Of a stretch of DNA of 57,999 nt, positions 49,687 to 57,999 are shown one piece after another; position 1 is the stretch's first letter, and each line of letters begins with the position of its first letter. Origin of the DNA: Magnetospirillum sp. (lineage in GTDB: Bacteria > Pseudomonadota > Alphaproteobacteria > Rhodospirillales > Magnetospirillaceae). The position numbers were made by a program, and so were the translations under genes. The notes beneath the pieces were generated by a model. The model was not told the DNA's origin and ran no database searches. It worked only from the letters and a program-made list of their open reading frames with translations. The stretch is taken from positions 1 through 57,999 of the forward strand of contig DATGXU010000244.1 of assembly GCA_035298685.1 (NCBI GenBank), written 5' to 3'.

Positions 49687-49962
49687 ATGAGCGAGATATT
49701 TAACCGTCAGGAAGCGGCCGAGTTCTTGCGAATTTCAGTGCGTCAGCTTGACCGCCTGAAGCTCCCTCGCTTCTATATTGGTCGATTGCCGCGCTACAGC
49801 CGGTCGGTCCTCATCGCCTTCATTGAAAGCAAGCTCACCGTCAGTCCCGCTATCGCCATTGAAAACGCCCGCACGGTCGGCCTCCCCACCGTCCTCAGCC
49901 GGCCCGGCAAGCGCGGCAGTGGGCGGGACTGGCTCCGCTCGCGGCTTGCCGCCCTCAAGTAG
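49687..49962 (+). CDS. Excisionase-like HTH protein
   Basis: MSEIFNRQEAAEFLRISVRQLDRL...IGRLPRYSRSVLIAFIE; convergent with int. Confidence 0.8.
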   Translation: MSEIFNRQEAAEFLRISVRQLDRLKLPRFYIGRLPRYSRSVLIAFIESKLTVSPAIAIENARTVGLPTVLSRPGKRGSGRDWLRSRLAALK

Positions 49963-51006
49963 GTCTATGGCTGCGTCATAGGCATCTGGCGCCAAATGAG
50001 CATAGCGCATCGTCATCGTAATATTCGAGTGTCCCAGCAGCTTGGAGACGGTCAGCAGCGGTACGCCGCGCATGACCAAACGGCTGGCGAAGGTGTGGCG
50101 CAGGTCGTGAAGGTTCAGGTCTTCCAGCCCAACGCGTTTCCGGGCGGTGTCCCAGGTGCCGAACGGGTTATCGAAGGGCAGCGCCTTTCCGCACTTGGTG
50201 TCATCCTTTCCCAAACCCCCACGGCCCACCGGCCGATATAGAAACACCCGGCTTTCGCCCTCCGGGCATTCGGCCTTCAGACGCCGAAGCATGTCCTCGG
50301 TGCGAGTGGTGAGGGGAATGCCGCGCGGCTTGCCGCTCTTGGTATCCATGAAGCGCACGGCCGAGCGAGGCTTGCGATCCAGGTCCACCTCATTCCAGGT
50401 CAGGCGGGTTGCCTCACGCAGGCGAGCGCCGGTATCGATCAGGAACGTCACCAAGTCGCGCAGGTGCGGGGCGCAAACCGGTAGCAGCTTGGCCTCCTCA
50501 TCCTCCGTTAGCCAGCGATAGCGCATGTTGTCGAGTGGGAGCAGCTTGATGGTCGGGACCACGGCCAGGGTACCCCATTCCGCCTTGGCGCGGTTGAGGA
50601 TGGCCTTGATGGCGGCAAGGTAACGATTGACCGTTGCCGGGGCCAGCTTGGACGACAGCAGGCGGTCCTTGTATTCAGCGATCACGGGCGCGGTCAGTGC
50701 CTTCAGGGCGGTCTTCTCGCCCAAGCCCTCACGGATCAGGTTGAGGGCGTACAGGTCGCGCTTGGCGACCTCCTTGTTCCCGCGCGGAACGACGACAGCC
50801 TCATAATAGCGGTCGATGGCCTCGCCCAAGGTCATGTCAGGGACGTGGCCCATGAGGAGCTGATCGTGCAGCTCCTTGCGCCATTTACGCTCCAACTCCT
50901 CCGCATCCCGCTTGCGGGTGGTGCCACTGGAGCGTCGGAATCGCTGTCCCTGGAACTCGAAAACGATCTGCCAGACGTCCGATCCTGAGCGTTTGCTGAC
51001 GGCCAT
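49735..51006 (-). CDS. Phage-type tyrosine integrase
   Basis: N-terminal arm-binding-like segment, DTGARLRE, TKSG, HDLRHTFAS, LLGH...MRYAHL; adjacent to att. Confidence 0.95.
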   Translation of the reverse strand: MAVSKRSGSDVWQIVFEFQGQRFRRSSGTTRKRDAEELERKWRKELHDQLLMGHVPDMTLGEAIDRYYEAVVVPRGNKEVAKRDLYALNLIREGLGEKTALKALTAPVIAEYKDRLLSSKLAPATVNRYLAAIKAILNRAKAEWGTLAVVPTIKLLPLDNMRYRWLTEDEEAKLLPVCAPHLRDLVTFLIDTGARLREATRLTWNEVDLDRKPRSAVRFMDTKSGKPRGIPLTTRTEDMLRRLKAECPEGESRVFLYRPVGRGGLGKDDTKCGKALPFDNPFGTWDTARKRVGLEDLNLHDLRHTFASRLVMRGVPLLTVSKLLGHSNITMTMRYAHLAPDAYDAAIDLLEGGKPRAEPVPPTAALAGPAEDGGEADRAGVFNGDSGTDGELAFNEGDEDRPAVARQSTNIEARELQAVKLTH

Positions 51007-51030
51007 TTGCTGCCTCGCCGGTGTGTAGTG

Positions 51031-51054
51031 GTCACCACAAAATCCACCACAGTC
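51031..51054 (+). repeat. Putative integrase arm-type site, right copy
   Basis: Identical to 33130..33153. Confidence 0.8.
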
Positions 51055-51082
51055 ACGATAGCTCACCGGAATCTGGACAGCA

Positions 51083-51106
51083 AGAAGGCCCCGAAAGGGG
51101 CCTTCT
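51083..51106 (-). terminator. Element-supplied terminator hairpin downstream of guaA
   Basis: AGAAGGCCCC-GAAA-GGGGCCTTCT, perfect 10-bp stem. Confidence 0.75.
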
Positions 51107-51130
51107 GAAATACGCTAAGTGCTTGAAAAA

Positions 51131-52684
<1,554 letters not shown>

Positions 52685-52800
52685 GGAAAAAGGCCTTTGG
52701 CGGATGGGAAATACGCGCGTGGGCGGACTTTAGCGGCGGCGATGGCGCGGGGCAAGCATGGCCCGTGGATGGCAGGGGCGAATCCCCGCCGGCGCCATGA

Positions 52801-53655
52801 TCAGCCCCAATGCTTGTCGGCGAACACGGCGACGAACAGCCCCAGCAGATAGGGGATCGAGGCGGCGAAATTCCACCCCGCCCAGCGCCGGGTCGGAACC
52901 GCCACCAGCCACAGGTTCAGCCCGATCAGCCCAACGCCCAGCACAGCGGCGACCAACGCATAGGCATGCCCCAGCAAGCCCAGGGCCCAGGGCGCCAGGC
53001 TTGATGCCGCCAGCGCCGCCGAATTGACGGTGATGGCCACGGCCGTGCGCCGCGGCCCCGCCACCACCGGCAGCATGGGCACGCCGGCGGCGCGGTAATC
53101 GTCGGCCAACAGGATCGCCAGCGCCCAGAAATGGCTGGGCGTCCACAGGAACAGCGTGATCGCCAGCAGAGTCGGCAGCGCCCATTGCGTCGGTTCTACC
53201 ACGGCGGCGCCGGCCAGCACCGCGAAGCTGCCGGCGGCGCCGCCGAAAACGATGTTCCACCAGGTGCGCCGCTTCAGCCACACCGTGTAGACGACGGCGT
53301 AGACGAAGGCGCCCAGGAACAGGTGCAGCGCCACCACCCAGTTGAAGGCCGCCACCGCCACCGCCAGCCCCGCCGCCATCAACGCCGCCGCCAGCCACAG
53401 GGCCGCCCCGGGCCGGGTCCGGCCGGCCGCCAGCGGCCGGTTGCGGGTGCGCTGCATCAGGCGGTCGATGTCGCGGTCCCACACATGGTTGAACACCGCC
53501 GACGCCCCCGAGCCCAGCACCATGGCGGCGAACAGCAGCGCCACGCGCAAAGGCTCGACCCGCTCGGCCACGGCGGCATAGCCGGTGACGGCGGTCAGCG
53601 CGATCATCACGGCGATGCGCAGCTTCATCAGTTCCAGTGTCTGGCGCATGGTCAT
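52801..53655 (-). CDS. cyoE: Protoheme IX farnesyltransferase (heme o synthase)
   Basis: NHVWDRDIDRLMQRTRNRPL, YTVWLKR, WTPSHFWAL, DYRAAGVPMLP. Confidence 0.93.
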   Translation of the reverse strand: MTMRQTLELMKLRIAVMIALTAVTGYAAVAERVEPLRVALLFAAMVLGSGASAVFNHVWDRDIDRLMQRTRNRPLAAGRTRPGAALWLAAALMAAGLAVAVAAFNWVVALHLFLGAFVYAVVYTVWLKRRTWWNIVFGGAAGSFAVLAGAAVVEPTQWALPTLLAITLFLWTPSHFWALAILLADDYRAAGVPMLPVVAGPRRTAVAITVNSAALAASSLAPWALGLLGHAYALVAAVLGVGLIGLNLWLVAVPTRRWAGWNFAASIPYLLGLFVAVFADKHWG

Positions 53656-53668
53656 GGGCCGCCTCCGG

Positions 53669-54091
53669 TCACGCGGGCAGGTGATACAGCAGGACGTAGA
53701 CGACGATGCCGGTGACGCTGACATACAGCCAGATCGGCAAGGTCCAGCGCGCCAGCCCGCGATGGTGCTGGAAACGCCCCGCCAGGCCGCGCCACACGGT
53801 CACCGCCACCATTGGGGCCACCAGCGCCGCCAGGGCGACGTGGCTGATCAGCAGGGTGTAATAGAACGGGCGCATCGCCGCGCCGCCCCGGAAGACGAAG
53901 ATCGGATTGACCGCGTGGTGCGCCGCATAGGCCACCAGGAACAGCCCGCTGGCCGCCACCGCCGCCAGCATCAGCCGCCGGTGCAGGTCGCGCCGCCCGC
54001 TGCGGATCAGCACGAAGCCACACAGCATCAGCAACAGCGCGGTGCCGTTCAGCGCCGCCGTCAGATGGGGCAACAGCGCCGGCACGCTCAC
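53669..54091 (-). CDS. DUF420-like membrane protein
   Basis: HRRLM, LISHVAL, HRGLARWTLPIWLYVSVTG. Confidence 0.85.
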   Translation of the reverse strand: MSVPALLPHLTAALNGTALLLMLCGFVLIRSGRRDLHRRLMLAAVAASGLFLVAYAAHHAVNPIFVFRGGAAMRPFYYTLLISHVALAALVAPMVAVTVWRGLAGRFQHHRGLARWTLPIWLYVSVTGIVVYVLLYHLPA

Positions 54092-54192
54092 TGCCCGCCC
54101 CCCATCATCACCCCGAAGCGCATCAGGGTGGTGAAATACAAAGCGGCGGCCACCACCGCCAGCATCGCAAGCGTCAGCCTTTTCCGTGCCAT
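54088..54192 (-). CDS. 34-aa single-pass membrane protein
   Basis: MARKRLTLAMLAVVAAALYFTTLMRFGVMMGGGQ; AGGGGG RBS; stop overlaps the next GTG (GTGA). Confidence 0.6.
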   Translation of the reverse strand: MARKRLTLAMLAVVAAALYFTTLMRFGVMMGGGQ

Positions 54193-54417
54193 GGTCGGAT
54201 GTCCCCCTGCGGTTTAACGGCGGCGCCGCTGCCTTGGGCGCTAGGTGGGGTGATGACGGGGGACCGAAAAGAGGACCCAGACCCTTGGTCTACCGGCGCC
54301 CCGTGTCATTTTAGGGATGGACCAACGCGGCATTGAGCCAAGCCCCCTTCGCCCCCTAGGGTATTCGCAACGCGGCAGCCCATAAGCCGCCCCATCCCCA
54401 GGGTTCCGGAGGCTTCC

Positions 54418-55203
54418 ATGATATCCACTCACGCTGATCCGGCGGCGGAGGCGCAGCCCCTCCCCCCGCTGCGACCGGTATCGCTCGACCGTTCGACCAC
54501 CTGGCTCGAGCGCGGCTGGAACGACTTTGTCGCCCATCCCGGCATCGGCCTGGCCTATGGCAGCGTGTTCGCGCTGATGGGCTGGCTGCTGACCTTCGGC
54601 CTGGCGCAATTCGGCATGGGATCGCTGATCCTGCCGCTGGCCTCGGGCTTCATGCTGGTGGCGCCGTTCCTGGCGGTGGGACTGTACGAGGTGTCGCGCC
54701 GCCGCGAGGCGGGCGAGCCGGTGACGCTGGCCCATGCCGTCGGCGCGCTACGGCGCAACAGTCAGATGGCCGACATGGGGCTGGTGCTGCTGCTGGCCTT
54801 TTTCGTGTGGTTCCAACTGGCCATGATCATCTTCGCGCTGTTCTTCGGCGGCCGCCCGCCGGCGCTGGACGAGTTCTTTTCCCAGGTGGTGCTGGCGCCG
54901 CAGGGGCCGGCCTTCCTGATCACCGGCACGGTGGTGGGCGGCGTGGTGGCCGCCTTGGTGTTCGCCCTTTCCGTGGTGTCCATGCCCATGCTGCTGGAAC
55001 GCGACGTTTCCGCCCTGACCGCCATGCGCACGTCGATCCGCGCGGTGTGGCTGAACCGCATGAACATGATCGGCTGGGCCGCCACCCTGGCGACGCTGGG
55101 GATCCTGGGCGTGTCGTTCCTGTTCGTCGGCCTGGCGGTGACGTTGCCTTTGGCCGCCCATGCGTCATGGCACGCCTACCGCGATTTGGTGTCCGCCACA
55201 TAA
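54418..55203 (+). CDS. DUF2189-like integral membrane protein
   Basis: WLERGWNDF, GFMLVAPFLAVGLYEVSRRRE, HASWHAYRDLV. Confidence 0.88.
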   Translation: MISTHADPAAEAQPLPPLRPVSLDRSTTWLERGWNDFVAHPGIGLAYGSVFALMGWLLTFGLAQFGMGSLILPLASGFMLVAPFLAVGLYEVSRRREAGEPVTLAHAVGALRRNSQMADMGLVLLLAFFVWFQLAMIIFALFFGGRPPALDEFFSQVVLAPQGPAFLITGTVVGGVVAALVFALSVVSMPMLLERDVSALTAMRTSIRAVWLNRMNMIGWAATLATLGILGVSFLFVGLAVTLPLAAHASWHAYRDLVSAT

Positions 55204-55278
55204 TCGCAATAAGAGCCATGGAGGGATCGGCTTCGCCAATTTCTTGGCGTGGCGCCGCCCGTAGGCTATATCAGCCCC

Positions 55279-57087
55279 ATGGCTCCACCACCGCTTCTGT
55301 CGCTACGCGACGTTCGCCTGACCTTCGGCGGCAATCCGCTGTTCGAGGGCGTCACCACTTGGGTCGCCAAGGGCGACAAGACCTGTCTGGTCGGCCGTAA
55401 CGGCTCGGGCAAATCCACGCTGCTGAAAGTGCTGGCCGGCGAGATCCTGCCGGATTCCGGCGAACGCTTCGTGCAGCCCGGCACCCGCATCGCCTATCTG
55501 CCGCAGGACCCGCTGCTGGACGGCGCCACCGTGGCCGATTACGTGGCCCAGGGCCTGCCCGAGGACGAACGCGACCAGATGTACCGCGTCGACACCGTGC
55601 TGGCGGCGGTGGGCGTGGACGGCGGCCGCGATCCCCGCCAGCTTTCCGGCGGCGAGGGCCGCCGCGCCGCCCTGGCCCGCGCCCTGGTGGGCGAACCCGA
55701 CGCGCTGCTGCTGGACGAGCCCACCAACCATCTGGACCTGCCCACCATCCTGTGGCTGGAAGAGTGGCTGAAATCGTACCAGGGCGCCCTGGTGATGATC
55801 AGCCACGACCGCCGCTTCCTCGACACCGTCTCGCGCCAGACGCTGTGGCTGGAGCGCGGACTGGTGCGCCGGGCCGAGTTCGGCTTTGCCGGCTTCCCCG
55901 CCTGGCAAGAGGAAACCTATGCCGCCGAGGAAGCGGAACTGGCCCGCATGGACAACCTGCTGCGGCGCGAGCTGCACTGGCTGGCGCGCGGCGTCACCGC
56001 CCGGCGCAAGCGCAACATGGGCCGTCGCCGGGCGCTGGACGTGCTGCGCAGCGAACGCAGCCAACGCTTCGCCTCGAAGCTGGACAACGACCGCCGCGCC
56101 AATCTGGCCGCCGATGCCGGCGACATTTCGGGCCGGCTGGTGATCGAGGCCGAGAACCTGGACAAGAGCTATGGCGGCAAGATCATCGCCAAGGGCTTTT
56201 CCACCCGCATCCTGCGCGGCGACCGCGTCGGCCTGATCGGTCCCAACGGCGCCGGCAAGACCACCCTGCTGCGCATGCTGACCGGCGACCTTGCCCCCGA
56301 TGGCGGCGTGGTCCGGCTGGGCACCAATCTGGAAGCGGCCTATTTCGACCAGCGCCGCGACCGTTTGGACCCGGAACGCTCGGTGTGGGACACCCTGACC
56401 GACGGGCGCGGCGACAACATCTGGGTGCGCGGCCGCCCCCAGCACGTGGTCGGCTATATGAAGGACTTCCTGTTCTCGGAAGCCCAGGCCCGCACGCCGG
56501 TCAAGGCGCTGTCGGGCGGCGAGCGCAACCGCCTGCTGCTGGCCAAGTTGCTGGCCAAGCCGTCCAACCTGCTGATCCTGGACGAGCCCACCAACGACCT
56601 GGACATGGACACCCTGGATCTGCTGGAAGAGGTGCTGGCCGATTACGAAGGCACCTTGCTGGTGGTCAGCCATGACCGCGACTTTCTGGACCGGCTGGTG
56701 ACCAGCATCATCGCCGTCGAGGGCGACGGCGAGATCGCCGAATATCCCGGCGGCTATTCCGACTATCTGGACCAGCGCCCGCAAAAGGCCGAGGCCAAGG
56801 CGGAACCCGCCAAGGCCAAGCCGGCCGAGCCCGCCCGTGCCAAGACGGCCACCAAGCTGTCGTACAAGGATGCCCGCGAGCTGGAAGAACTGCCCGGCCG
56901 CATGGACAAGCTGCATGGCGAGATCGCCAAGCTGGAGGCCGAGATCAACGATCCCGGCCTTTATGCCCGCGACCGCGCCCGCTTCGAAAAGGCCACCGCC
57001 CGGCTGGACGCCGCCCGCGCCGATCTGGAATCGGCCGAGGAACGTTGGCTTGAACTGGAAACCCTGCGCGAGGAGCTGTCGCGTTGA
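55279..57087 (+). CDS. uup: ABC-F family ATPase (Uup-like)
   Basis: Two ABC domains (GRNGSGKST, GPNGAGKTT, LSGGE, DEPTN), no TM, C-terminal KLSYKDARELE coiled coil. Confidence 0.85.
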   Translation: MAPPPLLSLRDVRLTFGGNPLFEGVTTWVAKGDKTCLVGRNGSGKSTLLKVLAGEILPDSGERFVQPGTRIAYLPQDPLLDGATVADYVAQGLPEDERDQMYRVDTVLAAVGVDGGRDPRQLSGGEGRRAALARALVGEPDALLLDEPTNHLDLPTILWLEEWLKSYQGALVMISHDRRFLDTVSRQTLWLERGLVRRAEFGFAGFPAWQEETYAAEEAELARMDNLLRRELHWLARGVTARRKRNMGRRRALDVLRSERSQRFASKLDNDRRANLAADAGDISGRLVIEAENLDKSYGGKIIAKGFSTRILRGDRVGLIGPNGAGKTTLLRMLTGDLAPDGGVVRLGTNLEAAYFDQRRDRLDPERSVWDTLTDGRGDNIWVRGRPQHVVGYMKDFLFSEAQARTPVKALSGGERNRLLLAKLLAKPSNLLILDEPTNDLDMDTLDLLEEVLADYEGTLLVVSHDRDFLDRLVTSIIAVEGDGEIAEYPGGYSDYLDQRPQKAEAKAEPAKAKPAEPARAKTATKLSYKDARELEELPGRMDKLHGEIAKLEAEINDPGLYARDRARFEKATARLDAARADLESAEERWLELETLREELSR

Positions 57088-57100
57088 GCATGATGACACC

Positions 57101-57985
57101 ATGAGCCCACGCGACTTCGCAGCTGCCCTGGCGGTGGTCGTCCTGTGGGGACTGAACTTCGTCGCCGTCAAAGTGGCGGTGAGCGTACTGCCGCCCTTTC
57201 TGCTGACCGGACTGCGCTTTGCCGGCGTCGCCCTGGTGCTGGCGCCGCTGTTTCGCCCGAAACGCAGCCAGATCAAGGGCGTCATCGGCATCGGCGCGGT
57301 GCTGGGCTGTGGTCATTTCGGCCTGCTGTTCCTGGGCATTTCCGGCATGGATGCCGCCACCGCGGCCATCGTCACCCAGTTGGGCGTGCCGTTCAGCGCC
57401 CTGCTGGCCTGGGCGGTGTTCGGCGAAAAGCTGGGACCGGCGCGCGGCGTGGGGCTGGTGCTGGCCTTTGCCGGCGTCGCCTTGCTGGCGGGCGAACCCA
57501 GCCTGCCCCATTGGGGCCCCTTGGCCATCGGCATCGCGTCCATGCTGTGCTGGGCCATCAGCAACGTGCAGGTGAAGCGCCTGGGCGAAATCCCGCCGCT
57601 GGCGCTGAACGGCTGGATGGCGTTGTTCGCCTCGCCCATGTTGCTGGCGCTGTCGCTGGGGCTGGAACACGACCAGCTGGGCGCCCTGGCCCGCGCCGCG
57701 CACGACTGGAAGGTCCTGGCCGGCGCCGCCTATACCCTGATCGGCTCGTCGCTGGTCGCCTATACCTTGTGGTACCGGCTGATCGCCCGCCATCCCATGA
57801 ACCGGGTGGTCCCCATCACCCTGCTGGGGCCGGTGGTGGGCGTCGCCAGCGGCGTCATCCTGTTGGGCGAGACGCTGACTTGGCAGAAGCTGGCCGGCGG
57901 CGCGCTGACCATCGCCGGTGTGGCGGTGGTGCAATTGATCGGCGGGCTGATGCCGCCCAAGGAAGACCCGGAGCCGGGTGCATGA
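57101..57985 (+). CDS. EamA/DMT family transporter
   Basis: WGLNFVAVK, about ten hydrophobic segments, LGETLT. Confidence 0.9.
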   Translation: MSPRDFAAALAVVVLWGLNFVAVKVAVSVLPPFLLTGLRFAGVALVLAPLFRPKRSQIKGVIGIGAVLGCGHFGLLFLGISGMDAATAAIVTQLGVPFSALLAWAVFGEKLGPARGVGLVLAFAGVALLAGEPSLPHWGPLAIGIASMLCWAISNVQVKRLGEIPPLALNGWMALFASPMLLALSLGLEHDQLGALARAAHDWKVLAGAAYTLIGSSLVAYTLWYRLIARHPMNRVVPITLLGPVVGVASGVILLGETLTWQKLAGGALTIAGVAVVQLIGGLMPPKEDPEPGA

Positions 57986-57999
57986 CCCCGAAAGCCCCC

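Noticed and set aside
33038-51130. Prophage or CRISPR interpretation of the guaA element
   Set aside because: No capsid, terminase or tail genes, and no regularly spaced repeat array seen anywhere in the window.

Overview
GC-rich alphaproteobacterial chromosome (Rhodospirillales, Magnetospirillum-like; inferred from protein sequences and gene order). 1-21579 is core: the str and rif clusters (tuf, fusA, rpsG, rpsL, rpoC, rpoB, rplL/J/A/K, nusG, secE, second tuf), rlmB and four tRNAs. 21580-51130 is accessory DNA in two parts. The first is an integrase-less island after tRNA-Thr with general-stress-type cargo (CheB/CheR-HWE kinase, receiver, GGDEF, GlsB with a sigma-EcfG-type promoter, desaturase, SLC13). 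The second is an ~18 kb element integrated in the 3' end of guaA (82-bp direct repeat, 24-bp arm-type repeats, int/xis). It carries a plasmid-like backbone without a recognisable canonical Rep (Par-like pseudogene, Replic_Relax nuclease, coupling ATPase, oriT candidate) and a second tyrosine recombinase with a dif-like site. Three candidate novelties lie in this element: a ~560-nt highly structured, promoter-driven non-coding RNA with a kissing-loop; an AT-rich three-gene operon ending in a Lon-protease/degenerate-STAND/TPR protein (candidate anti-phage system); and a lysozyme-RTX toxin/immunity/glycosyltransferase cassette bracketed by a duplicated recombinase 3' end. 51131-57999 is core again (guaA, heme o synthase cluster, ABC-F, EamA). 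All family assignments are by eye; no searches were run.
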